Counted from the first letter of the stretch, positions 29,509 through 39,260 are shown. The stretch is 64,000 bases of DNA from an uncultured Lachnospiraceae bacterium (GCA_964383665.1 CAYLHO010000003.1:25537-89536); one strand, 5' to 3'. Numbers and translations are program-made. Notes: generated by a model not told the origin, from the letters alone.

Positions 29509-30453
29509 ATGGAAGCAAAAAAGGAAGAAAAAAAGAAACCAGCGCAAAAGAAAACTTCAACTGCTCCTAAAACAAAAAAAGTTAAGGTTGAAACTCCAAA
29601 TGAAAACGTTGAAAAACAAGAAACTAACATTAATCATAATCCATCAACGAACAAGAACTTTGAAATTGATTTAACAAGAGATTTCAACGAATCCTCAACA
29701 TTTGATGTTGAATACTATCGCGAAGTTTTTATGGAGCTTCGAAAACAAATGGACGAGCTTTCACTTAAAAGAGGGAAAAACGACGAAGCATATAAAGAAT
29801 ATGACGAAGCGGTTTATAACATAACTTCAAATTCTGTTTCAAGTTGTGAAGCTCAAGACTTTTTGGGCTATTGCTATAAAAAAGGGTTCTATGATTTTTG
29901 CATAATGAATTATGAAAAATACATGAAATGGACTCTTTTGGCGGCGGCAAACGGAAACGCATTCAGTGTTTCAAAACTTCAAGTCTATTTAACAACCGCT
30001 CTCGATTCAATCGACTATGTTGATCATGAAACCCTTCTTGATTTCTTGGACATAACAAACGAGAACTATATTCTCTTTTTATCAAAACTTCTTTGCACCG
30101 AAATTGTTGAAATTCTTGGAATAACAACCGAAGAACTTGTTAAAATGCCAGAAAAATATATGGAACAAAACGAGGAAGTTCAAAAGGTTTTCGACAAGGC
30201 AAAAATGGAAGCAGCTCAAAGAGTTCAAGTTAAACTTCAAAACGCTGCAAAAATTTTAAACGACGAACTTGAGAGACAAGATGAAATCGACAAAGAAATA
30301 AGACAACGCGAAAAAGAAATTGAGGAAAAAGAACGAAAGAAAGAAGAACAAGAAAAACAAGAAGAGATTAAGCAAGAAAAAGTTGCAGAAGAACAAAAAG
30401 AACAAAACATGTTCAAAAGAAAACCAGGAATTAAAAAGAAATTTAGATATTAA
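29509..30453 (+). CDS. Hypothetical protein with a Sel1-like repeat and charged termini
   Basis: AQDFLGYCYKKG...KW...AAANGN; AAGGAG RBS. Confidence 0.7.
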   Translation: MEAKKEEKKKPAQKKTSTAPKTKKVKVETPNENVEKQETNINHNPSTNKNFEIDLTRDFNESSTFDVEYYREVFMELRKQMDELSLKRGKNDEAYKEYDEAVYNITSNSVSSCEAQDFLGYCYKKGFYDFCIMNYEKYMKWTLLAAANGNAFSVSKLQVYLTTALDSIDYVDHETLLDFLDITNENYILFLSKLLCTEIVEILGITTEELVKMPEKYMEQNEEVQKVFDKAKMEAAQRVQVKLQNAAKILNDELERQDEIDKEIRQREKEIEEKERKKEEQEKQEEIKQEKVAEEQKEQNMFKRKPGIKKKFRY

Positions 30454-30471
30454 AAAAACTTAGGCTTTTGC

Positions 30472-31128
30472 CTAAGTTTTATTTTTGTTCTTTTTCCTTT
30501 TCTTTCTTGTTGTTGTTATGATTGAAACAACAATTGAAATAACAAGAATGAAAATGAAAACAACTAATATAATTGTTCCGTTGAACCCCTCAACAACTAA
30601 ATCGCTTGTTTTAATGTATCCAGTTAAAATTTGATTTTCAAATTCAAACATAATTTTTGTTGAATCATTGTTTTTATTATATTCTTCAACAATTTTAACT
30701 TCTTGAAACTGTTTAAGCAAAACAGGTTGCCCAGAAATTATTATCTCACTTCCATTTTCAAGTTGTTTGGTTGAAAAAACCTTAACATTTTCATTTAGTG
30801 TTTTAGCGTTTGGATCAAGAGTTTTCTCAAGCGAGGAACTGTTGGCATCGGAAACCGCATTTTTTAAGATCCACCCGTTTGTTTCGCTGTTTGGAATTTT
30901 AACTTGGAAGAACATAAGTTCGCCCGTTGTTGCCGTTCCAACAACCTCAAATTCGTCACCAAAAGTTGCAGTTAAAAGAACATTTGCCGTTTCATTTGGC
31001 GAATCCAAAACCGCACAAGAAGAAACAGAAACTTTAACCTTTGAAGTTTCTGCATCAACGCTTGAAATTGTTGGAATGAAAATTAAAAGCGCAAAAAAAC
31101 AAAATAAAATCGTAAAAATTTTTTTCAC
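30472..31128 (-). CDS. Secreted protein with two SH3b-like domains and a C-terminal TM anchor
   Basis: Signal peptide; GWI and GYI strands; TM helix and basic tail. Confidence 0.65.
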   Translation of the reverse strand: MKKIFTILFCFFALLIFIPTISSVDAETSKVKVSVSSCAVLDSPNETANVLLTATFGDEFEVVGTATTGELMFFQVKIPNSETNGWILKNAVSDANSSSLEKTLDPNAKTLNENVKVFSTKQLENGSEIIISGQPVLLKQFQEVKIVEEYNKNNDSTKIMFEFENQILTGYIKTSDLVVEGFNGTIILVVFIFILVISIVVSIITTTRKKRKKNKNKT

Positions 31129-31163
31129 GATTTTATTTTATCATATTCGAATTTTTAAATCAA

Positions 31164-31964
31164 CTATTCTTCGTTTTCTTGATGTTCTTTTGGAAGAATA
31201 ATAACGTATCTGTTAGGCTCCGTTCCTTTGCTTGTTGTTGTAACACTTTCGCTTTGTTGGAGTTCGGTGTGGATAATTCTTCTTTCGTTTGCGCTCATTG
31301 GTTCAAGTTTTAACGAGCGACCGCTCTTTTCAACTCTTGCTTCCATTCTGTGGGCAAGGGCTTTAAGAGTTTCCTCTCTCTTTTCACGATAGTTTTCAAT
31401 GTCAAGAATAAATCTTTTTCTTTTCCCTGAAAATTCATTTTCAACAACCGATGCAACATATTGAATTGCGTTTAAGCATTCCCCGCGATATCCAATTAAA
31501 TCGCCGGTGTTTCCGCCTTCAACTTTAACAAGGATTTTTTCCTCATCTTCCTCGCAGAAAAGGTTATAGTTTGGAGAAATAACATCTAAAAGACCTTTTA
31601 AGAAATCAACTCCAGAAACTTTGTTTTCCTTTTTATTTTCTTTCTTTTCCTTCTTAACTTGTTTTTTCTCTTCTTTTTCTTGTTCTTTTTCTGCTTTCTT
31701 TTCTTCCTTGGAACTTAAACTTTCAACGTCCTTAAACATTGCTTTAACATCGAAAACTTCTTCCGTTTCCTCAATTTCCTCTCTGCGTTTTTCATATGCT
31801 TCTTCGCAATCTTCAGAAATTGTTACAAGAACTTTTGCTTTCTTAAAAATTCCGCCTTCTTCCAAAATTTTGATGTCAACATCTTCTCTTTTTGCATTTA
31901 ATTGTTCAAGTGCATCTTCAATTGCTTTTTCAATTGATTTTCCAATTCCTTCACAACTTTTCAT
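31164..31964 (-). CDS. jag: RNA-binding protein Jag/KhpB (EloR)
   Basis: Jag-N domain, KH (LIGYRGECLNAIQ), R3H (ERRIIH). Confidence 0.95.
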   Translation of the reverse strand: MKSCEGIGKSIEKAIEDALEQLNAKREDVDIKILEEGGIFKKAKVLVTISEDCEEAYEKRREEIEETEEVFDVKAMFKDVESLSSKEEKKAEKEQEKEEKKQVKKEKKENKKENKVSGVDFLKGLLDVISPNYNLFCEEDEEKILVKVEGGNTGDLIGYRGECLNAIQYVASVVENEFSGKRKRFILDIENYREKREETLKALAHRMEARVEKSGRSLKLEPMSANERRIIHTELQQSESVTTTSKGTEPNRYVIILPKEHQENEE

Positions 31965-31975
31965 TTTTCTCTCCC

Positions 31976-33331
31976 CTATCTTTTATAAGAAACTTCCTTA
32001 CTTTGTTTTTTAGCTTTACGCTTTTCCTCAAGTTCGTCCCATTTTTTAATTCCTAAATTAATTAATGGTGTTGTTGCAAGTGAGAACAGCGATCCAATTA
32101 AAATGTAAAGCCCGAAAACTGTGTTGTATGAAATTGTGATGTATCCCATAAGCGCTGGGAGCAAGACCAACATTAAAATTCCGCCTGGGGCTTTCTTTTG
32201 TTTTTCTTCGCCATTTTCTTGTTTTTTCTTTTTCTTGAAAGGCAACTTTCCTTGAGTTGCAAGCATTGAAAGAACGTTAACAGCAACGGCCATAATTGGA
32301 ATGATCATATATCCATTAACTCTGTTTTCGCTTTCAACTGCGCTCATAACAAGGTTATATTTTTCGCGGTCGGATTCTTTGTTCGCCAAAAGACGAACGT
32401 TGAATGTTTCCTCTTCGCCCTCGCCAAGCGAATCTTTGTATGTCACTCTTGCAAGAGAAACAAATTCGTCGAATGATGTTGAAGATTTTTGCCATGGAAC
32501 ATCGCTTTTCCAAACGTTGTCAACCCAAAGCCAACTGTTTTTAACTTCATTATATTTAAGTTTAACAGCATCATTAATTGGAACCATAATTTCGTCAAGA
32601 GTTTTTCCGGCTGCTGCTTCGCCTGCAAGTTTTCCTTGCTCCTCGAAAAGCGCAACGTTTTCTGAATTAGCAACGGCATCATTTCCTGCTTTTGAAATTG
32701 CGGCATTATCTTCTTCTGTTAAAACATAGCCTTCTTCTTTACCTGCTAAAATTTCCGCTCTCTTTTGAGCTTCAGCTTGATTTCTTATTTCTGTTTTCTT
32801 GTTTTCATAGGCTGTTGAAAAAGCGGATTGATATTTTTCATAGTCCGTTTCAACTTCTTCGGTTTCATAGGCAACTTGGTTGAACGCATTTTCCATTTCT
32901 TGATATTGCGATCCAACTTTATATGCAGCCATTGTGTTAAGTCCGTTGAAAAGCGTTATAAAAATGAACAACGTTAAAGCCATGTAAACAAGCATAATAA
33001 CACATGAACCAGTCACATTGTAATTATACTTTTTATAAATTTCCATGGTCTTTTGGTTAATCATTTGCTTATTGTTGCCATATTTCTTTTGGACTTTCTC
33101 AATTTCCGGTTGAACAAGCGCTTGAACTTTTGTGTTCTTCGCAGAAATTCTTCTGTTAACAAAATCCAAAGGCAAAATAACAAGCTTAACAACAATTGTG
33201 AAAATTATAATTGCCCATGCATAGTTTGGAATCCCATTATGGAACGCCATAATAATTTTTTCCCAAACTCCCGTTGGTTCTTGAATTGCAGCAGTGCAAA
33301 GGAAGTTTGAAAATTTGGTTATAAAAGCCAT
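31976..33331 (-). CDS. yidC: Membrane protein insertase YidC/SpoIIIJ with a large loop insertion
   Basis: WAIIIFTIVVKLVILPL, QPEIEKVQKKY, WLWVDN; synteny. Confidence 0.9.
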   Translation of the reverse strand: MAFITKFSNFLCTAAIQEPTGVWEKIIMAFHNGIPNYAWAIIIFTIVVKLVILPLDFVNRRISAKNTKVQALVQPEIEKVQKKYGNNKQMINQKTMEIYKKYNYNVTGSCVIMLVYMALTLFIFITLFNGLNTMAAYKVGSQYQEMENAFNQVAYETEEVETDYEKYQSAFSTAYENKKTEIRNQAEAQKRAEILAGKEEGYVLTEEDNAAISKAGNDAVANSENVALFEEQGKLAGEAAAGKTLDEIMVPINDAVKLKYNEVKNSWLWVDNVWKSDVPWQKSSTSFDEFVSLARVTYKDSLGEGEEETFNVRLLANKESDREKYNLVMSAVESENRVNGYMIIPIMAVAVNVLSMLATQGKLPFKKKKKQENGEEKQKKAPGGILMLVLLPALMGYITISYNTVFGLYILIGSLFSLATTPLINLGIKKWDELEEKRKAKKQSKEVSYKR

Positions 33332-33594
33332 TTTAAATCTCCTTTAATATTGAGAGGAATTGGGTCGAAGCCACAATCTCCTCCCGGCCGACATTTCAAA
33401 AGACGCTTAATTCCAAGCCAAGTTCCTTTGAAAGCGCCAAATTCTTTAATTGCCTGTTCCATATATGTTGAACAAGTTGGAACAAATCCACACGTTGTTG
33501 GCAAAATTGGGCTTATGCAAAATTTATAAAATTTAACCAGACAAAGCAAAATTAACCTAAAGGGATAGGTTATTATTTTAAGAAATGTTTTCAT
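33319..33594 (-). CDS. yidD: Membrane protein insertion efficiency factor
   Basis: ISP...CGFVPTCSTY...RLLKCRP. Confidence 0.93.
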   Translation of the reverse strand: MKTFLKIITYPFRLILLCLVKFYKFCISPILPTTCGFVPTCSTYMEQAIKEFGAFKGTWLGIKRLLKCRPGGDCGFDPIPLNIKGDLKWLL

Positions 33595-33964
33595 CTATTT
33601 TTTTGCCTTCTGGCTTATTTTCAATTTTTTGATATAATCCCGCTTTTTCAAGCAAAGATACAATTGATTTTCTTATCGAATTGAGATTCTCTTGGTCAAT
33701 CCCCTCACGTGCAATGAAAATATAGTTAAACCCTTTGTTGAAATTATTAAGCTCAATTCGTGTTGCTTCTCGAAGAAGTCTTTTAACTCTGCTTCTTGTA
33801 ACACTGTTCCCAATTTTTTTGCTAACAGTGAACCCAATTTTGAAAGGTTGATATTTCGTTTTAATGTAACTTAACGAAAGTTTGTTTGCGTGTTTTGTTT
33901 GTCCATTTTTGTAAATATATGTGAACTGCTTATTTTTCTTTAGGCGATTTTGTTTAGGTAGCAT
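33578..33964 (-). CDS. rnpA: RNase P protein component
   Basis: RLKKNKQF, GFTVSKKIGNSVTRSRVKRLLRE. Confidence 0.95.
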   Translation of the reverse strand: MLPKQNRLKKNKQFTYIYKNGQTKHANKLSLSYIKTKYQPFKIGFTVSKKIGNSVTRSRVKRLLREATRIELNNFNKGFNYIFIAREGIDQENLNSIRKSIVSLLEKAGLYQKIENKPEGKKIDENIS

Positions 33965-33976
33965 ATTTTTGCCTCC

Positions 33977-34111
33977 CTATGCTGAAAGTTTTGCTCTGCC
34001 TCTGTTTCTACGTCTTCTAATAACATTTCTTCCGCCTTGTGTTTTCATTCTTGCGCGGAAACCATGAACTTTGCTTCTTTGACGTTTCTTTGGTTGGTAT
34101 GTTCTTTTCAT
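33977..34111 (-). CDS. rpmH: 50S ribosomal protein L34 (absent from the ORF track)
   Basis: Hand translation [44 protein letters not shown]; GGAGG RBS. Confidence 0.97.
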   Translation of the reverse strand: MKRTYQPKKRQRSKVHGFRARMKTQGGRNVIRRRRNRGRAKLSA

Positions 34112-34234
34112 TTTTCCCTCCTGTTAAATTTTTCCCATAAAAAAGAATACTTTTCCATAAGTAGTTTGATTATATATTATAAAGTTGTTAAAGTCAAATA
34201 TTTTTATTTGACGTGTTGTTAAAAGATTTTTGAA

Positions 34235-34243
34235 TTATCCACA
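34235..34243 (+). promoter_or_regulatory. Consensus DnaA box upstream of the dnaA promoter
   Basis: TTATCCACA; TGnTATAAT at 34272-34280. Confidence 0.8.
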
Positions 34244-34298
34244 TTTTTTGTGTGCCAATTTTATTTTTTTATGATATAATCTTTCCCGAGGATAAAAA

Positions 34299-35663
34299 AT
34301 GAAAGAATTACAAGAACTTTGGAAAACAGTTTTAAATAAGATTGAAATTATGGTTAGCGCCGTTTCTTTTGAACTTTGGATTGAACCTCTTGAGGTTTTA
34401 GACTTCCCTAACGGCGAAAAGCTTATTCTTGTTGCAAACACAGAATATGCAAAAAAACAACTTCTTAAAAGACACAACGACCAACTTAAAGAAGCAATTG
34501 TCGATGTTTTTGGGGAAGACGTAACTTTCGAAGTTCTCGATCCAATTGAAAAGAAAGATTATCTTAAGAAAAACAAATCCGAAACAAATCAAACAATAAT
34601 TGGAAAAGAAGAACAAGAGCAAAGTTCGGCTTTAAACCCAAAATACACTTTTGACAATTTCGTTGTTGGAAAATGCAATCAAATTGTTTATGCCGCTGCC
34701 CATTCAGTTGCCGAAAATCCAGGGAAACGATTTAACCCTCTCTTTATCTATGGCGGAGTTGGGCTTGGAAAAACCCACCTTCTTCACGCAATTGGGAACT
34801 ATATAACAAAAGAAAATCCAGAACTTAAATTGAAATATGTAACATGCGAAAAATTTACTAATGACTACATTAATTCTCTCCACGGAAGTGCGAAGGAACT
34901 TAACATAAATAAGTTTAGAGAAAAATATCGTAACATCGACGTTTTGATGGTTGACGACATTCAATTCATAAGCAATAAAAACGAAACTCAAGAGGAATTT
35001 TTCCACACTTTCAACGATTTGTTCCAAAACAATAAACAAATCATAATTGCGTCCGACCGACCACCAAAAGAAATTGCAACATTAAGCGACCGCCTTAAAT
35101 CGCGTTTTGCAAGCGGATTTATTCAAGACATGCAAATCCCAGATTTTGAAACTCGCGTTGCAATTTTAAGAAAGAAAGCACAACTTGAAAAATACTATAT
35201 CGACGACGATGTTATCAACACAATTGCCGAAAAAACCGACACTAACATTCGTGAGATGGAAGGGCTTTTATCAAAAGTATATTTCTTTGCTACCCTAACA
35301 GGAAAGAAAATTGCAACAATTGAAGATGCGCGCGAAGCTTTCAAAGACGACCTTGATGAAAAACGTGAGGACTTGAATCCTGAAATGATTATCGACGCCG
35401 TTTGCAAATATTTTTCCGTTTCAAAAAGTGACCTTGTTGGCAAAAAGAAAAACAAAGAAATTGTTGAACCAAGAATGATTGCAATTTATTTAATTTGCGA
35501 AATGCTTGACATTCCTCTTGTTGTTATTGGAAAGACATTTGGTGGGCGCGACCACACAACAATTATCCACGCAAGAGATAAAATCACAGAACAAGTTAAA
35601 GAAAATGGAAAAATTAAATCTTTTGTAACAGCTGTTAAAGAAATTTTAGACGAGAATAATTAA
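34299..35663 (+). CDS. dnaA: Replication initiator DnaA
   Basis: LNPKYTFDNFV, GGVGLGKTHL, DDIQFI, RDHTTIIHA. Confidence 0.98.
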   Translation: MKELQELWKTVLNKIEIMVSAVSFELWIEPLEVLDFPNGEKLILVANTEYAKKQLLKRHNDQLKEAIVDVFGEDVTFEVLDPIEKKDYLKKNKSETNQTIIGKEEQEQSSALNPKYTFDNFVVGKCNQIVYAAAHSVAENPGKRFNPLFIYGGVGLGKTHLLHAIGNYITKENPELKLKYVTCEKFTNDYINSLHGSAKELNINKFREKYRNIDVLMVDDIQFISNKNETQEEFFHTFNDLFQNNKQIIIASDRPPKEIATLSDRLKSRFASGFIQDMQIPDFETRVAILRKKAQLEKYYIDDDVINTIAEKTDTNIREMEGLLSKVYFFATLTGKKIATIEDAREAFKDDLDEKREDLNPEMIIDAVCKYFSVSKSDLVGKKKNKEIVEPRMIAIYLICEMLDIPLVVIGKTFGGRDHTTIIHARDKITEQVKENGKIKSFVTAVKEILDENN

Positions 35664-35689
35664 AAAAGAGCAATTGTTGCTCTTTTTTT
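35662..35689. terminator. Bidirectional terminator between dnaA and pth
   Basis: AAAAAAGAGCAA / TTGCTCTTTTTT. Confidence 0.7.
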
Positions 35690-36350
35690 AATAGATTAAT
35701 GTTTTTAAATGGTCGATTGCTCTTTCCATTGCATCGTTAATTTTTTCTTTGTTTTCTTTTGAAACTTTTGAAAGTACATAATCCGCCAAATCCATTCTTT
35801 CATCTTTTCCAATTCCAATTCTGATTCTCTTAAAATCCTGCGATTTAAGAAGTTGAACTATGTTTCTGAGCCCGTTGTGCGTTCCACCGCTGCCATTTTC
35901 ACGATAACGATATGTTCCGGCTTCAAGGTCGATGTCGTCAAGAACAATTAAAATTTCGTCAAGCGAAAATTTATATTTTTTAACAAGTTCCAAAACCGCT
36001 TCGCCGCTTAAATTCATGTATGTTTGAGGTTTTGCAAGAATAAGTTTTTCACGCATTATTTTAGTTTCAATTTTCCCTGTTTTAGGGTCAACTTGTTGTT
36101 CTTCACGTTCAATAAAGCCTTCCCCTGTTAAACTTTTGCATTCCTTTTTCTTAACTTTTATGTCGAATTTTGAACTTAATTTGTCGATAAAACAAAAACC
36201 TATGTTATGATAGGTGTCAAAATATTTTTTGTCTGGGTTGCCAAGTCCAACAACAAGCTTAACTCTTTTTTTAGGTTTATTTTCTTTTGTTAAACAAGGT
36301 TTCATCATAACGCTTTCAAAAAAGTCAACTTTAGTTTCTTTAATAACCAT
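35688..36350 (-). CDS. pth: Peptidyl-tRNA hydrolase with an N-terminal extension and an internal insert
   Basis: LVVGLGNP, HNIG, KPQTYMNLSG, GTHNGL, RIRIGIG; start placed 6 nt after TATAAT. Confidence 0.92.
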   Translation of the reverse strand: MVIKETKVDFFESVMMKPCLTKENKPKKRVKLVVGLGNPDKKYFDTYHNIGFCFIDKLSSKFDIKVKKKECKSLTGEGFIEREEQQVDPKTGKIETKIMREKLILAKPQTYMNLSGEAVLELVKKYKFSLDEILIVLDDIDLEAGTYRYRENGSGGTHNGLRNIVQLLKSQDFKRIRIGIGKDERMDLADYVLSKVSKENKEKINDAMERAIDHLKTLIY

Positions 36351-36434
36351 AATTTCATTATATCTTTTTTTAGTTAAAAAGTAAAACAATAAATAAAAAA
36401 GATTTTTCAACACAAAATATATAAGGAGGGAAAA

Positions 36435-36590
36435 ATGGACGAAGTTAAGAAAACAAATAATGGAGTTTGTTGCGATGTTTGCGATTGTGTTCATAATCTT
36501 GACGGCTGCAATTGCGAAATGGACACAATTAAGGTTACTAAAGGAAAAGACCAACAAGCCCATTTTTGCAAAACATATTGTTGCAAATAA
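36435..36590 (+). CDS. 51-aa Cys-rich DUF1540-like protein (absent from the ORF track)
   Basis: AAGGAGG RBS; MDEVKKTNNGVCCDVCDCVHNLDGCNCEMDTIKVTKGKDQQAHFCKTYCCK; terminator at 36592-36622. Confidence 0.8.
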   Translation: MDEVKKTNNGVCCDVCDCVHNLDGCNCEMDTIKVTKGKDQQAHFCKTYCCK

Positions 36591-36634
36591 GAAAAAACAG
36601 CATCTAAACTGATGCTGTTTTTTAATAAATTTGA

Positions 36635-38800
36635 TTATCCTAAAATGCTGTTTATGATGTCATAGTTTATTTTGATTTCGTCATCTTCAAAAATTGAATC
36701 CTCGTAAACACTAACAAATTCATTATACATTGTATCGTAATAGCCTTCAAAAATTAAATCAAAAAGTGTTTTATTCATTGTTAACCCAAGGCGTTTTTGA
36801 CTCATTTTAAGAATGGAATAGTATTTTGCATTTCCGCCTGAAATTTCCTCATCGAGCAAATCTTGAAGAGTAAATTTTTCGTTGTCGAAGCATTCAAAAA
36901 GGTTTGAAACTTTTCCTGCGTAGAACATTGTGCTAAAACCGGTGCTTTGGGTTTTTAAAACTTCTTTTCCGTCTGACGTTTGCCAGTTTTCCATAAGAAT
37001 TGTTTTAACAGCTGTTATTTCACCATTTGAATTTAACTCTCTTGACGCATCAACAAACTTATCAACAAATCCGTTATCTGTTTCCCCATCACCCATTGCA
37101 TAGAGATACCAGTTTTCATGAGTTCCTCCGAAATAGGATTGTTGAATTTGAATTGTTCCGGTGTCATCGCTAAACTTATAGATATATTCGTTAAACTTAT
37201 CTGCTCTTTCGTTTTGATAGTCGATTTCAAGTTGCTCCAAAACAAGTTTGTTGGCAGAAGAACCTTTTGCTTGTTCTGCTTTAATCAGGCCATTTTCTGT
37301 TGGAAGATATACATGTCCGTTAAGTGTTATTGAAGTGTCCTTTTCTCCATAATATTTAACATATATTTCGTCTAGTTCTTTATATAATGAAGCAATCATT
37401 TCTTGAACAGTTTTAACATCTTTGGTTACGTTTCCTTCGGAATCTCTTTCGTCAACCATCAAAAGTTTTGAACCAATTATTTCAAGAAGCTTTGTTTCAT
37501 ATTCTTCTTTTGTTATTTCCTCATTTTCAAGTTTAAAGAGAATTTCAATAACTTTACTTATAACATCGTCGGTTATGTTTGGAACGATTTTATAAAATTC
37601 TTCAGTGTAGTAAGCATCGTCTTTTCCGTTTGCTTCGCAATATTCCTTAAGATCGTTAATTCTTTGAACTTGACCTTCTGTTAAACTTACAACGATATGG
37701 GTTACATAGAAGAAATTTTCGTCCATATCTTTTGGAACATAGAAAACATTTTCAATGCAATTTCCGTTTGAACTTCCCCAAATATATGATGAACCAACGG
37801 TTTTTGTTAATTCCTTAATAAAGTTATCTTCGTCCTCATAATATCTATCGTAACTTTCTTTAACTTTTGTTAAATAGTAGTTAAGGAATTCTTCTTCACT
37901 TACTTCAATATCCTTTGTTTTATATTCATAAAGTTTATTTATGATTAAACTTTCATATAAGATATTATAAATTCTGTTTATTTCTCTTTGAAAAACCTCG
38001 TCATTATCTGTTGACAAGTTCTTTCCCTTTTCATTGTCTTTAAGTTGAACAATGTAACGGCGGATTGCTTCTTGAGTTATTATTTTTTGTTCTTTTTCCT
38101 CATCAGTTAAAGATGTTTGCCCCTCAAAAAGTTTTTCTTTCTTAATTCCTTCTAAAACATGTGAGATGTCATATTTTGTAAAACTTGAATCGTCGTAGTC
38201 TTCCGCTTCTTTTTCTGTTACATATTCATATGTTTCTTTGCCATCTTCTGTTTTCTTAACTAAAACTTGTTTAACAACAACAATCTTATATTGGTTTGTG
38301 TTGTTATCGAAAACAACAATTGCTTTTGGAGAATATGGAGTGTAAATAAATTGAGTTTCCTTTTCGTCTTTATCTTCGTCCTCATCTGCCTTTCCCTCTT
38401 CTTCCTTAAGGGATTGTTTGATTTCTTCTTCAAAAGTTTCAATGTTTGTTAAGATTGAAGTTAATGTTGAATGCCAAAGATAGTTCTCTTCTGTTTTTGT
38501 TAAAACAATTTTGCCTTCTTCAATAAGCTTATTTGCATCTTCAAGATAAACCTTCTTTGCAAGAAGATACTCAACAAGTTGCTCAATTGCCTTATCTTTA
38601 TCCCCAGTTTGGTTATAGAAAGTGCTGTAATAGTTATTATAGCCCTTAACAAACTCCTCTCTTGTTAATGAATTAGTTTCCGACTTTGCAATTTCCTGCC
38701 CGTTAACAGCAGCAGTGTTCTCTGGGAACAAATTACACCCAGCAAAACAAAAACTAACACATAAAATCATAGCAAGAATTGCAAAAATTTTCTTTTTCAC
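36635..38800 (-). CDS. Large lipoprotein, PrsA/SurA-parvulin-like foldase with insertions
   Basis: Lipobox FAGC; SurA-N-like LTREEF; parvulin-like VTHIVV, FSDDTG, FVDKFVDA. Confidence 0.6.
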   Translation of the reverse strand: MKKKIFAILAMILCVSFCFAGCNLFPENTAAVNGQEIAKSETNSLTREEFVKGYNNYYSTFYNQTGDKDKAIEQLVEYLLAKKVYLEDANKLIEEGKIVLTKTEENYLWHSTLTSILTNIETFEEEIKQSLKEEEGKADEDEDKDEKETQFIYTPYSPKAIVVFDNNTNQYKIVVVKQVLVKKTEDGKETYEYVTEKEAEDYDDSSFTKYDISHVLEGIKKEKLFEGQTSLTDEEKEQKIITQEAIRRYIVQLKDNEKGKNLSTDNDEVFQREINRIYNILYESLIINKLYEYKTKDIEVSEEEFLNYYLTKVKESYDRYYEDEDNFIKELTKTVGSSYIWGSSNGNCIENVFYVPKDMDENFFYVTHIVVSLTEGQVQRINDLKEYCEANGKDDAYYTEEFYKIVPNITDDVISKVIEILFKLENEEITKEEYETKLLEIIGSKLLMVDERDSEGNVTKDVKTVQEMIASLYKELDEIYVKYYGEKDTSITLNGHVYLPTENGLIKAEQAKGSSANKLVLEQLEIDYQNERADKFNEYIYKFSDDTGTIQIQQSYFGGTHENWYLYAMGDGETDNGFVDKFVDASRELNSNGEITAVKTILMENWQTSDGKEVLKTQSTGFSTMFYAGKVSNLFECFDNEKFTLQDLLDEEISGGNAKYYSILKMSQKRLGLTMNKTLFDLIFEGYYDTMYNEFVSVYEDSIFEDDEIKINYDIINSILG

Positions 38801-38869
38801 GTTAAACCTCTCTTGTTAAAATTAATTTAGTGGTTGTATTATACAACAATATTAAATATTGTCAAAATA

Positions 38870-39130
38870 AAAATTGTTAAAACTTAAACTTTTTCTTAAC
38901 CTAATGCTTAAAAGAAATTTAAAGAGTTGTTAACAACCCTTTTTGTTGAAATGTTAATAAGTTTTTGAAGAAATTAACAAAGTTGTTAACAATATTTTAG
39001 ATGCAAAACCCACCACATATTGATTCGAAAAAGTTAATTTTAAATTCAAAAACCCAACATTTTGTTTTTTAAAAAAGTTATAAACATTTCCACAGCCTTT
39101 ATTAAGAAGACTATTAATTAATAATTAAAA
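38870..39130. other. Putative oriC unwinding region upstream of dnaN
   Basis: Degenerate DnaA boxes (TGTTAATAA 38952, TTGTTAACA copies); tandem TTATAAACA/ATTTCCACA at 39078-39094, then GCC, trio-like TTA TTA AGA AGA CTA TTA and an AT-rich tract. Confidence 0.7.
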
Positions 39131-39200
39131 ATATAAAACCGACAGGCGAAACAGGGAAATGAAATTTTATAAAAAAAATTATTTTCTTTTGTTAAAAGAT

Positions 39201-39229
39201 TTGAACTTTTAACGTGAATTTGGTATAAT
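39201..39229 (+). promoter_or_regulatory. sigmaA promoter of dnaN
   Basis: TTGAAC-17-TATAAT with an extended TG. Confidence 0.7.
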
Positions 39230-39260
39230 CTATATTAGAAGAAAAAGGAGAAAATAGATA

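Noticed and set aside
31268-31276. Perfect DnaA boxes inside coding regions (also 56928-56936)
   Set aside because: Isolated and explained by codons (IIH in jag, VDN in the hypothetical gene)
36351-36563. 71-aa N-terminal extension of the pth ORF in the track
   Set aside because: Overlaps the opposite-strand DUF1540-like gene and the pth promoter; not protein-like
39205-39221. Possible parS site (TTTAACGTGAA)
   Set aside because: About 10/16 match and not palindromic; no convincing parS was seen in the window
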